From: a virus
Reading direction: 5' to 3' (one strand)
IMG/VR virus record: IMGVR_UViG_3300047157_000162
Coordinates: 65,538-129,537 of that record
DNA: 64,000 nt
Shown here: positions 28,942 to 40,802 of the stretch, in pieces
How positions within the stretch are numbered: the first letter of the stretch is position 1
Layout of the letters: each line of letters begins with the position of its first letter
The notes under the pieces: model-generated
Database searches by the model: none
What the model saw: only the letters and a program-made list of their open reading frames with translations
What the model was told of the DNA's origin: nothing
Made by a program: the position numbers and the translations under genes

Positions 28942-31900
28942 TATTTAATGTTTTTTTCTTTAGCCATTTTTTCTAAATACTTCTTTTGTAAAGTAATAGT
29001 TTTATATCTAAAAAAGGTTTCTTTTTCTTTCTTATTTAAAGCATAGAAACTCTTTTCTAAAAAGCTTTCTTTTTAGCTTTTTTTCTTAGCTCTAGTTGCT
29101 TTTGCTTTTTCTTTACCTTCTTCTTTTCTTCTAGCTTTAGCTTCTGTTTTTATAAGTTCGTGCTCTTCATTCTCTGCGCCAACATCCCAAGATCTCCAAC
29201 CTAAAGCAAGAGCTACTCTTTGCCAAACGGTGTTTCTATAATCTAACGCTTCAGTTAAAGCATTCACTTCTGTAACAGCTCTGTCTAAAGGTAGGTTTGT
29301 AAGACCTTCAGTTACCGCGCCTAATACTTTATATGAAGGACTTAAATTAAATTTACCGTCTATAGTAACATCCCATCCTCTTTTTTCAATAACATCTTTT
29401 TCAAATTTTTTGTTTGAATAGCGCTGTAAACTTTTCTACCTTTTGATCCAATAGAGGGAATTATATTAAAAAAAGCTAGTATTGTATATGCATGATCAGC
29501 CATAAATCCCTTTTCTTCTTGCTTATTATACTCCATGGCAAGGTTTTTAATCATAGATATACCAGCACCGGGTAAACCAAATCCTCCTTTTAAAGTAGTA
29601 TCTATCATACCATTTATTATTCTACCCTGCTTTGTGCTATACACTTTTCCATACTTCTCTAATTGCTCTTCTTCAGTAAGCTCATCATCTTCTTCTTCAA
29701 ATCCAGGTATTAAAGCAAATAAGGCGTTCTGCAATGCAGAGAATATAATGTTTTGAACAGTACCATAATATATAATTTTACTAAAATTAGAAAAATTACT
29801 TTGGGCTAGCGTTAAGCCAGGAGTTCGTCTTCTGTTTTTTATATCTAAAGCAGCTTTCTTTATAGACCTATTTAACTGTATAGGCGTATTTTGAAATGCT
29901 AAAAGCATTCTACCAACAATACTTGCTTGATCAGATGATATTAAAGCGGGATCACCAGACTGCTGAGTCTCTTCAGATATTTGACTAAAATCTTTAAAAG
30001 CCATTTCCTCTGCTTGCTCTTTAGTGTATAAAGCTTCACCGTCTTCATTTACTTTTTTCAGGTAAGATTTTATTCTATTTCTATAAAATGTAGCGCCACC
30101 TGCTGCAATAGCAAAACTATCTGCCATTTGCGTTGGGGTAAATCCAATTTTTAGCAAATAACTCAACGCGGCTGTTGCCTTATTCTTAGATCCTTTAACT
30201 GCTCTTGCAATCTCAGCTTCATTGACGTCGCTTTTTAAACCAGCTCTTCTTTGTTTAAGCTTAGACGAATTAAATAATGTTGCAAAATCAGACCAGTATT
30301 GTTTTTGATTAGCAAATGCTGCCGCTGCTTTCAAAGGGTTATTATCTGACCAATTAATAAAGTTTACTGTTGACAATGTTTGTAGTAATGCTGATCTCCT
30401 ATTGAAAAACATTATCGCTCCAATAGAATTGTTAATCCAGGTATTCCACCTATTGGTATTATCAGTAGTAGAAGACGGTCTATTTGTGCCATTTTTCATT
30501 CTGTATAAAATGTCTTCTAAAGCATCTCTAGTAGCTTTACCGTAACCAGCCTGTACTTTATTAAGATTATCTTCGCTAAATATTATATCTGCATTTTCAA
30601 TAAATTCTGATAAGAATTCTTTTCTACCTATTTTTTCAGTTAAATTATTTAAATCAGATAATATAGTTTCTGCGTCCCAAAAATCCCCAGGCTTAGCCCA
30701 TTTAGGTCTCTTTGATATTTGTTGTAGTTTTCTAGCATACTCACTCAAATCTGCATTGTCGTTTACATAATCAACTAATTTTTTTTGATCTATTTCAGAT
30801 AAACCTGGTATTTCATATCCAGAAGCATTCCATAGAGCAACTCTTATAGCTTGATCGTGTGTAAATTCAGTTCCTGGCACAAGTTTACCAAGTTTCTTTA
30901 TAACAGGTCTCATTTGTTTATTGAGTGCTTTAAAATCGTCCTTAAACGATTGTCTAGTTTCTTCAATAGCTCTTATGCCTTTAAAGTATGGATCTATCAA
31001 ATTATCTTGAAAAAACTTTTGATCAGCTTCCCCTTGTTTACCTTTTCCAGCAAAAGTATAAGAAGTTAATCCTTTAAAATCATCAAGAGATGAAGGCATA
31101 AATACTTTAAATCTACCTTTCTTAATACCTTTCCTTCTAGCTATTACTCTACTAATAGTTTCATCTGCTTTAATACCCGTGCCTCTTTCCAACATCCTAT
31201 TAAAATCAGCTTTCATAGATAATTTAGTTTCAGCACTTTGACCTGTATTTACGTAATCTAATGAAGCTGCAGTTTTAATGCTTTTAGCTAAAAACATTAT
31301 ACCTTTAGCTGTATCTAATGAATTGCCTTTAGGGTTTTGTATTTGTTTAAAATTTGGGAAAAGCCTCATGTATACCGTGTTCGTAGATCTTACGGGTCTT
31401 AATACATTATTTGTAGTAGCCTCGAGCTTTTGATAAAATCCAGAAAGTTTACTTTGATTACCAACTGCAAAAGTACCGTAATTTCCAATCTGCATTAAAT
31501 CTATCCCTTTGTAAAAGTCTTCTACAATAGATTGATTTCCTTCATAGCTAACATACCCCGCTATTTTACCAGGCATTTCATCCTTTATATTTTGCCAAAA
31601 TTCTTTGTATGGTAATTTTAGATGACCGTTATTATTTATAGTTGCTTTTTCGTTTGATTTTGAATTAGCTTTATTTATAGCATTAACTAAATTGTTTAAA
31701 TACTTTTTATTTTTATTTAAAAAATCTACAAATTCCTCTTTGTTATTTTCACTTAATTTGTTGTTTATTTTTAAATTGTCAGAACTTATTAAAGATATTT
31801 TACCGTTCGTTGTTTTAAACAAGCCAGTCGATATACTACCTATCTGAGCTTTATCATTAAGTTTAACTTCTACTTTGTACTCCTTGCTATTTGCTTTAAC

Positions 31901-34900
31901 TACAATATCACCTTTCTGAGACTTTATTAACTCAATTTTTATTTTACCGCTAGTGTAATCATTTAAAACTTTTTGTAAAGCTTTTTCATATTTAATTCCT
32001 TTATTAGCTGCAAGAATATCTTCCATTCTTTGCTTTATTCCCTCGTGTATAATTTTTTCTAACGCCCCTTCTAATATATTAATAGGTATTTTATTTTTAA
32101 CAGCTATCTCTTTAATTTTTTCAGAAGTAAGACCTTCTTTTATTGCAATTTTTTGTATATTTCTTATGTCTTCTTCTTTCATAGAATACTTTACAGTACC
32201 TCTATCTAAATCTCTTTGAAGCTCGTTAACAAAAGTATCACTTAACATTTCCCCTAAAGCTTCTTGATTGCCTTCAAAAGCTTTGCTTATATCTGAATTT
32301 TCATTTTGAATTTCTTTAGACAATATTTCAAAAGCTATTTCTTCAGCTATAGCTTTACCTAAAGATTCTCTTTTACCTCTAATAAGTTTACCTTTTTCAT
32401 CAATAAACAAACCTACAAAGTCAGCGTCGGAAACTTTATCAGCAGGTACTCTTCTAACTATCTCATTACCAGCAGTTGCCCCTCTAACTAATGTTTTTTC
32501 ACGATCAATCTTTTGACCAACCCAATTTGGATATGGTACAAAGTTTGGTATAAACTCTTCTTGAACTATTTCTTTACCACCAACATTTACAGTTACTTTT
32601 TTACCGGTAAACTTACCACCAACTGATTTTTCAATTGCTTGAGGAATACCTCCGCTAACTTTCTTACCGCTATCTTTACCCATTAAAAAAGTAGTAGTCA
32701 TGTTCTCTATGATAGCTTTCTTATTTTTTATAAGATTCTTTTCATAAGTACCATCTTTTAGTTTACCTAGTCTTTGTATAACAAGTTTAGGTGCAGCATT
32801 AGGATCTCCTACAACTTTACCTATTTTCTTTTTTATTTCTGCAACTAATGGTGTTGTAGCAGAATTGTCACCTCTTTTAGCTGTGATCTTACTTTCAAGA
32901 CTAGCTAAAACTTGCGTTAACTTTTCTGTTATAGCCGTTATAGTAAAGTTAGGTACAATATTGCTTTTAGTAAGCGGGTACGTATTTTCTTTTTTCAGCT
33001 TCTTGAGGCGCAGCGTCTTCTCTTGCAATAACATTTTTAGCTACACTAACGTCTTCTTTAAAACCACCTTCACCTTCTTTCTTGAATTTAGCTAAAGCTT
33101 CTTTTACTCTATTCCTTACACCGTACTGACTACCTATAATGTAACCACCTAAATCATCGTTTGATTCAGGATTAAAGCTCATTATGTTTTTCTTTAATTG
33201 AACTCCGGCTACTTCTATAAAAAAGTCATCCCAGCTTTTACCGTATACATTGTCAGCTACAACACCATAACCAGCAGCGATCTTTTTAATTAAAGGATTA
33301 AGCATACCTCTATCAATGTTATCTATAACTTTGATTGCCACTTTTTCTTTAAATTCTTTATTAGTCGTGCCTGCGGGTACCATTTCTTTTAGCTGATCAC
33401 CAATTCTTTTTTCATTCTTTTTGGTATCGCTTTTAACTTTTTCTTTAGCCTCGGATGGCTTAGATAACTCTTTTTGTTTAGCTTTTTTAATTTTTAATTC
33501 TAAATTAGCCTTAGCATCAGCAAATGCGTATTCATCGTTATCAAAGTCACTTAGATCTAAGTCATCTAATTGTTCTTGAAAAGTATTTATAGAAAGTGTT
33601 GTTTTAGTTTTTGGTTTAGCCTTACTAGTATCAATGGTTGGCTTTGCAACTCCTTTTGCTTTACCCGACGCTCCAAATTCTTTTAACGCTCCTTTAAATT
33701 TACCTTTGCTGTAAGCTTTATTGTAGTCTATTATAAAGTTTTTAACTCCTTCTCCTGTTTCAAAATTAATGTTTTTTAATCCTAGATTTTGAAATAGTTG
33801 CCTAAAAATATCTGCTATTTTTTGTAAAGCATTAGTATTCAGTTCTATATCTTTATTAGTTAAAGCTTCAGAAAATAAAGGCAATCCTTCTTCGTAAAAG
33901 CTATCCATGGTATACGTTCCATCTTTTACTTTTTTGTTATATGCCATCCATCTTTTAGCCCATTTAGTACCTAATACCGCTTCTTGACTTCCCACTATAT
34001 TTGTAACTTCTTTAAGTAAAGACTCGGAAGCTTTCTTTATTAAGGTTGGATCATTATTTAATGCTTGCTTTAAAATTTTGTGCATAAATTCATGCTGCCC
34101 CGTAGTAACTACTGCGTCTTGCAAGGAAGAGTCTTTATTAACTACAAGAACATCTCTACCGTCTTTTGTAGTTACAAAAAGACCATAAGAATCTTTTGAA
34201 GCGTTAGCTTTTTCCTCAGTGTACCCCGCTTCATTCATTAAAAATTCCTTCTGCTTACTACCAGCGCTAGAGTTTTCTTCTCCTTCAAAAACTATAGTGT
34301 CATCAACTTTTAAACCTGAGGATTCTATAGACTTATTAAGAAGTTTAATATCTTTTTCAAAGTCTTTTGCAATGCCTTGTTGTATGGTTGACTGCTTTAT
34401 TTCATCGTTAATATTGGATATTTTATTATCAATACTTTCATGAAAAGCACTATCTGTATTTTCTTTTTCTTTAAGCAATTTACTTTTTTCTACCAGCAAT
34501 TCTATTTGCTCAGCTGTAACATTTTCTGGTGATTTTTTAATTGCTTTATGTATATCGCCCGCAAAATTTCTAGCAGTTTTTAATTCCTCTTTAATATCAG
34601 GATCAGTAACGGTTTCTTGCATTTTTTGAAGATACGCATCAGTAGATTCAATATTGCTAGAAATTTGATTGTATATTAATTTTTTTTGATTACTAAAAGT
34701 TTTTACACCTCCAACAGTACCCATACCGCCGCTTAGCATAATAGTACCTGCTGCTAGTTCTATTTGTGCATTTAAAAATTCAGATCCTTTCGGTAAAGCT
34801 AAACCAAAAGAAGTATCTGTCATTAAGTTAAGACCGTAAGTAATTTCCTCTTCAACAAATTCTTTACCTATGTTTGTAAAAAATTCTTTAGCTGCAGTAC

Positions 34901-36743
34901 TAGCTGCTTTTTTATTTGCAACATTTTTTAAAGATCCTACGAAAGCATCTTTGATAGCTTTACCTTGTGTACCTTTTAGAAAGTTAACATCAGGCATGAT
35001 AGATTGAACGACTCCTTCGGTTAGACTAATTGTTGTTGCATAAGTGTTAGCTGCTACGCCGTCTAGCCCTTTATTTTTTGCTTCTTTAGCGTTGTCCAAT
35101 ATAGTAGCTCTAAAAGCTGCGTCTGCTAAAATTACTTCGTTTTTCAAGCTTTTACCTAATGGAGTTAAGATTTTTGCACTACCTTTTAAACCTTGTAAGT
35201 ATTTTCCAACGCCTTGTTTAACACCTGATATGTTACCTTTTCTAGCTTCCATCATTAAATAACCGGTAAAAGGAACCATTTGCATACCCAACTTTAATAA
35301 ACTTCTCACGCTGACGTCATCTTTAAAACCTCCTTCTTCTTTCGTTATAGAAAATTTTTCATCTTCGGAGGCTGGTAATAGTGAATAATCCGTAAAATTA
35401 GTTATTAAATCTCTAAACCCATCAATTCTATTGTAAGAGTCTTGATCTGTAAAAGCGTCAAAGTAAGCTGTAGAAAAGAAAGTAACCCCACCTATTGTAC
35501 CTTTTTTAATAGTAGAATAAAGACCACCTAATCCTTCCCCAATTACTGCGTCCCCTATAAAATTCCAAAAACCATCACCTGAAAATTGTTCTCTGTATTT
35601 TTCTACTTGATTTGTTAACTCAAAATTATTATATATAACATTTTTAGAAAGATTAACATTGTAATCTCCCTCTAATATTTCCTTTCTAATATTTATAGCT
35701 TTAAAATTGTCTTCAAATTTTTTACTAAGAGCAGGTTTTGAGTCTTCTAATTGTTTAAATTCAGCAGATAATTCATTATACTTGTCAACTTCTTCTTGTG
35801 TATAATTTTGATTTGGCCTGCGATTTTTAATAATACTTAATTCCTTATTTATTTCAATCTGACGATTTTTTATTTCACCAAAAGAATTTTCAGCTTGTGC
35901 TTTTAAATCAAGCATTTCATCACTGAGGTCTTTTGTTTTCTTTTGTATTATTGGTAATTTATATTCGTTTATTAAATTTTCTTTCTCCTGCAGAGTGTAT
36001 ACACCCATAGCTAGTTTTTGCAAATCTTTTTTAGGTAGAGAAGTAGCGATAGCGGTTTCTACATCTTTGTTAATTTTTATAACTTCACTAGCTTCTTCAG
36101 TTCTTAAATCAATAACTCCAAAAGCTCTACCTATATATTTAAAATAATCTATGACGTCTTCTCCTCCTCCAAAGCCTCTCCCAGCTGCTTTGTTACTTCC
36201 TGTATCTTTTCTTAACTGTTCTAATGCTTTTTGCTGTAGTTCAAATTCTTTATTAGAAAATATTAAATCTTTTTCTGTTTGATTATTTTTATCAAAATCA
36301 TCTAAATTTTTCTTTATATAATCAGACGCTTGTTGTTCATCTTTTATTTCTGTTTTTGCAAATTGAATAAGTTGATCCTTAAGCTTATTTCTTTTATCAT
36401 CAATGATATTAAGCCTAGCTAGTCTTTTATTGTATTCTTCTTCGCTGGTATCTATTAAATCAACACCTGGAGGTAAAATCTCAGCAGGCTTAGGATCTTG
36501 TGAATCCGAAGGAGTATCTACCGAGGGTGATTCCGTAAAACCTGCTTGTGATGCTGTCATTGGTTGCTGCACTGCATCCGCATCCTCTACAGTGCTTGTT
36601 GGAAAATCCTGTGGTTCGTCTTCTGATTGTAGTACATAACCTGCCATTTCAGCGTATTCAGATATATCCATTCCATTTCTGTCAGCAGCTGCTTGCATGG
36701 CTTCAGTAGATAACGTAGTACCTGTTTTTTTATTTTTATACAT
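28941..36743 (-). CDS. Giant (~2600 aa) putative ejected polyvalent virion protein: HExxH protease, sigma region-2-like and PD-(D/E)xK domains; frameshifted
   Basis: ORFs 32967..36743, 29360..33034 and 29073..29267 join through small indels; position after the tail and ejection genes. Confidence 0.7.
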
Positions 36744-36755
36744 ATGATTTAATTA

Positions 36756-38132
36756 TTATATCTTAGTTGCTTTTAATCCCATAGCCGCCCTTAATCCGGT
36801 GTAATTTATATTCTTGCCTTTAATGTAAGGCACAAATACAGCTTCAGGTAAATCTCCTGTAACCGCACTAGCTGGTGGTTGGTATTCGTAACCTTCAACT
36901 CCGTCTTTCGTTTTAAACTTCCATACCATTGAATTAGGGCCTGTCCCCATTCTTATTATAGGATCCTTTGCTTTCATTGATTGAGTAAACTCATACCTAA
37001 ACTTTCCGCCTGTAGTTTGTGGTTTTACTTTCCCAAAATTAATTACTTCCTCGGCTAATCCTTCTTTTTCTACAACAAACCTAGCATAAGCGTTTTTTAT
37101 CATCTCACGTCTAGGATCATTAACTTTACCGGTTTTATCAGTGCTCCATGTAGATACCTTAGGGTCTATAAAATTTAATTTAAACCCTTTACCTCCTGCA
37201 ACGCTAAAATCGTCTTCGGAAACATAATCTCTAATAATGTTATTAAAAAACCTAGCAGCTTCATTAGGGGTTAATGAGTCAATATAACTGTCAGTATCAA
37301 GATTTTTTCTAGCGTATTGAGCTAGTTTTTCAGGGTTTATTTTTTTACCATACTGAACGTTTCCTTCAGGATCCTTTTCTAGTTCAATTACTTCCATGTC
37401 ATCAAAAAGAGAAGCCATAGGATTTCTAACTATCGGGTCTTTTTTAAACTTTGTACCTGAAGCTTGTACTTCTTTAGTAGCATTAGGCACCACAGGGTAG
37501 TCAGCTATATCAAAATCAGTATTTAAACTTCTACCTATTTCTTTTCCGCTACTATCTCTCATTACAGTATAGGGTATAGGTCCTCCTGGTTTAGTCATAT
37601 CAAAATCAATTTCACTACTACCAGCTGTTCTACCGGACCTAAATTGAATGTCAAATTTTTTGTATACGTCAGGATCTGCATACAAATCTCCACCACCCAT
37701 AGTTCCTAACGGTTTTTCTTTTACTTCACTTATTTGTTGAGCTAATGCAGAGTTTGACTCACCTTGCATTCTAATAGCGGTACCCATAGTTTTAACATTA
37801 GCCATAAAGGTCTTAACCTCAGGCGGCCATTTATAAGGCTCATTCCCATACTCTTTAAGTAAAGTTCCCATTTTTTCCAAATTGCCTTGTATCGCTTTAG
37901 ATACATCTAAGCCAGGGTTAGCAAGAGCTACCTGATTAAGTTCGGTTTCTGCAGTAAATAATCTATCTGCTTGAGCCTTTCTATCAGCTAAGTTTTGTTC
38001 TCTTTTTTTATCTGCGTCTTTTTTTATTTGGTTTAATGCGCCAACTGTAGCACCGGATATCTGTTGTAACATGTTTCTAATATGCTGCCCCGACTGTGTA
38101 TCTACTACTTGTTTTGGGTTTCTATAACTCAT
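36756..38132 (-). CDS. Putative internal virion / ejection protein
   Basis: 458 aa, between the small ejection protein and the giant protein. Confidence 0.6.
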   Translation of the reverse strand: MSYRNPKQVVDTQSGQHIRNMLQQISGATVGALNQIKKDADKKREQNLADRKAQADRLFTAETELNQVALANPGLDVSKAIQGNLEKMGTLLKEYGNEPYKWPPEVKTFMANVKTMGTAIRMQGESNSALAQQISEVKEKPLGTMGGGDLYADPDVYKKFDIQFRSGRTAGSSEIDFDMTKPGGPIPYTVMRDSSGKEIGRSLNTDFDIADYPVVPNATKEVQASGTKFKKDPIVRNPMASLFDDMEVIELEKDPEGNVQYGKKINPEKLAQYARKNLDTDSYIDSLTPNEAARFFNNIIRDYVSEDDFSVAGGKGFKLNFIDPKVSTWSTDKTGKVNDPRREMIKNAYARFVVEKEGLAEEVINFGKVKPQTTGGKFRYEFTQSMKAKDPIIRMGTGPNSMVWKFKTKDGVEGYEYQPPASAVTGDLPEAVFVPYIKGKNINYTGLRAAMGLKATKI

Positions 38133-38162
38133 GGATATACTTTTATTTTTTAAATTTTAAAG

Positions 38163-38897
38163 CTAAAAGCCAAACTTGCTATTACCTACTGCTGCTCCAG
38201 CTATTGAAGTAATACCTCCTAGCATACCTGTAAAAGCACCAGTCCTATCGGCCCCTGCTTGAGCTTGCCTAGCTTCAGCACCTGCTATTTGAGCAGAGAC
38301 TCTGTCTAGCTGTTGCATTTCTCTATTTTCTTGTGTTTGAAAAGCAAATTGACTTCCTTGCATTTTTAAACCTTGAACTCTACCACCTTCTTTAATTTGT
38401 AAACCTTGAACTCTTTGTTGTTCAGCCATTTTTAATTGTTGCATCTGCTGTTCACCCTGAGCCCTCAATTTTTCATTTTGAGCTTCTTGTTGCTCTATAC
38501 TGGCTGACACGCCTTTTTTACTTTGTAAAGCCGCTTGAGCTAAAGCAGTTGCTCCACCGGCACTTGCTCCTGTTGCTCTTATGGTATCTAACGTGTTAGC
38601 TAATGAAATATCAGCTTGCTCTACTTGCATTTCTGCAGCCTGTGTAGCTACACTTAAATTAGCCATAGGATTTGTTATTTGACCGCTTAAATCCTGAGCT
38701 AAACCGCTTAAGTTTGTAACTCCTGCTGATGGATCTATAATATCTTGCCTACTATTTTCTAAGTTAGTTAATTTTCTTTGTAATCTAGCTTTTTCTCTAG
38801 CCGCTTTTCTTTCTCTTTTTTTAGCTGCACCTGCACCAAACATTCCGCCAATTACACTTAGCGCTGCTCCGGCTATAGCTACTGTTGCTCCTGCCAT
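38163..38897 (-). CDS. Putative DNA ejection (pilot-like) protein
   Basis: G/A-rich hydrophobic ends with a Q/A-rich coiled-coil middle. Confidence 0.7.
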   Translation of the reverse strand: MAGATVAIAGAALSVIGGMFGAGAAKKRERKAAREKARLQRKLTNLENSRQDIIDPSAGVTNLSGLAQDLSGQITNPMANLSVATQAAEMQVEQADISLANTLDTIRATGASAGGATALAQAALQSKKGVSASIEQQEAQNEKLRAQGEQQMQQLKMAEQQRVQGLQIKEGGRVQGLKMQGSQFAFQTQENREMQQLDRVSAQIAGAEARQAQAGADRTGAFTGMLGGITSIAGAAVGNSKFGF

Positions 38898-39349
38898 AAT
38901 TTTTCTTTTTTATTAAATTCGTCTATAGTAAAAGAATATAATTTATCTTCAACGAGACTCATGTCTTTTGTGTTTGTAGGGTTTTTATGTACATTTATAA
39001 ATATACAATCCTCTATGCAATGTATTAATCTTTTTGCTCCCTTTATTGATAATTCATAACAAGGAGCTATGTGCTCCACTGTTTCTCCGTTTGTAGTAAC
39101 TAATATTTTACCTGTCATTAAAAACCAAAAATGATCTGTATGATGAACAGCACTTACTACTATAGAGCCAGCCGGCATACACATTTGACGCATATATAAT
39201 TGATCAGAAAAATTATGAGTAATTGGTATTAATTCATTATTTACCAAAGATTTACCGTCCCCATAAACACCTTCTATATCGTTATTAGCTATCATGGTAT
39301 TTTGGAACTCTTCTAATCTTTTTGTAAAATTACTTAATTTATCTTCCAT
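38879..39349 (-). CDS. Cupin-like protein
   Basis: HNFSDQLYMRQMCMPAG....SAVHHTDHFWFLMTG..NVH. Confidence 0.6.
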   Translation of the reverse strand: MEDKLSNFTKRLEEFQNTMIANNDIEGVYGDGKSLVNNELIPITHNFSDQLYMRQMCMPAGSIVVSAVHHTDHFWFLMTGKILVTTNGETVEHIAPCYELSIKGAKRLIHCIEDCIFINVHKNPTNTKDMSLVEDKLYSFTIDEFNKKEKLWQEQQ

Positions 39350-40751
39350 ATGTTGCGCCTACTGCAAATAGTTCTTTTAATCCACCTGGATCTGTTGTGG
39401 TATCTGTTTTCATAGTTACTGTGGCATAGTAAGCTTTTATACCTGTACTACTAGGCCCCATTATTACTTGACCAGCTATAGGTGTAGGTGAATTGTTTAG
39501 TATTGCTGCTACGTATCTGTTTTGTTTTCTGTCGAATCCTGCTCTGTACTGAACATTACCATCCAAGTAAGCTCCTTCATCGTAGCTATATATTTTAGTA
39601 TAAGTGTTAGGATTACCAACATCTACTGTTGCTTGATTAACATTGTTGGTCCAGCTGCTATTTAACTCGTCTGCACCTGTTTCATCAGAAACTAGGGATA
39701 TAACTTCCCATCCATTGCTGCCTTCGTAATTAATCGTTTTGAAAGTCTTCATAGAGGTAGGCTCTGGATTTAAAACAAATTTTACAGAAGCAGCATTGTT
39801 TACTCCATAGAATCGACCTCTTGGCACAGGGTTATTACTATTATCAGTTAAAGAATAGTGTTTATATACAGAATTTGAATTAGTTGTATAAAATTGCCCT
39901 TGAGAACCAAACATAAAACTAGGTTTGTAAGTATAGAAGCTATTCCATCCATTTATATTTTCATTAAATGACAATGTTTTGTAGTTTCCATTTGATTGTT
40001 GTAAAGACAACGTGTAACTTTTATTATATATGTCATAACCACCTATTATCTTACCTGTTGATGAAACTAAACCAGCCTGATCTCTAAAGAAATCGACCAT
40101 ACCGTAATTTGATATTTCGGTTATTCCATCCATAGATAGTCTAAGTACAGCATTCCTGTTTCTATCAGTAAAATACTTTTGATAACCATAAACAGCAAAA
40201 GACTCAGGGTTTGTAGATATACCAAATTCACCTGCATAAGCTATTATTTGTCCTATAACTAATTTAGCGGATGTTGTTATTGCGCCGCCTTCAGCAGAGT
40301 ATATAGCGTCTTTATCTATTAAAGCTCTATTTACTTTTCTTTCTTGGAATATAATTAAGTTAGTATCTTCAGCATAAAGCTTTTGTATACTACCATTAAT
40401 AGGGTCTACACTTCTAGTTATTTCTTCTGCAACGCTAAACTCATTAGTCCTATTTATACCTGTCCTTGAATTTAATACACCTGAATATATTAATGAATTT
40501 GAAAGTCTTGATTGATCGTCATTGTCCTCAACTAGATAAGCCTTGACTCCATAGTCGGTAGAGGTATTGTTATAACCTCCTCTAATTCTAGATTCTTCAA
40601 TATACCAATCTTGATCAGTATCTGCATCTGCGTCTGCTGCAACCCATGGTAATGAATTTATATTACTGTCCACCAAATCTTGATAAGGTACATCAGATAT
40701 CTTCTTAACAACATAAGAGTTAAAGTATGGTACTTCAAGTGTTATAGACAT
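39339..40751 (-). CDS. Tail tubular / stabilization protein, C-terminal-type part
   Basis: Beta-rich; GEFGISTNPESFA, YFTD, KTFKTINYEG; podovirus tail position. Confidence 0.7.
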   Translation of the reverse strand: MSITLEVPYFNSYVVKKISDVPYQDLVDSNINSLPWVAADADADTDQDWYIEESRIRGGYNNTSTDYGVKAYLVEDNDDQSRLSNSLIYSGVLNSRTGINRTNEFSVAEEITRSVDPINGSIQKLYAEDTNLIIFQERKVNRALIDKDAIYSAEGGAITTSAKLVIGQIIAYAGEFGISTNPESFAVYGYQKYFTDRNRNAVLRLSMDGITEISNYGMVDFFRDQAGLVSSTGKIIGGYDIYNKSYTLSLQQSNGNYKTLSFNENINGWNSFYTYKPSFMFGSQGQFYTTNSNSVYKHYSLTDNSNNPVPRGRFYGVNNAASVKFVLNPEPTSMKTFKTINYEGSNGWEVISLVSDETGADELNSSWTNNVNQATVDVGNPNTYTKIYSYDEGAYLDGNVQYRAGFDRKQNRYVAAILNNSPTPIAGQVIMGPSSTGIKAYYATVTMKTDTTTDPGGLKELFAVGATYGR

Positions 40752-40757
40752 ATTATA

Positions 40758-40785
40758 TTTATTACTTGTTTTTTACTATTATTAC
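40758..40785 (-). promoter_or_regulatory. Class-II promoter-like motif
   Basis: GTAA-N11-AACAAGTAAT upstream of ATG 40751. Confidence 0.45.
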
Positions 40786-40802
40786 TTAAGGCTTTTTTTA
40801 TG

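Noticed and set aside
33530-33550. SDFDNDE in the giant protein as a DxDxD virion RNA polymerase active site (crAss-like)
   Set aside because: It lies in an acidic low-complexity linker (DDLDLSDFDNDE) with no recognisable double-psi barrel context; a structure search would be needed to exclude it fully.
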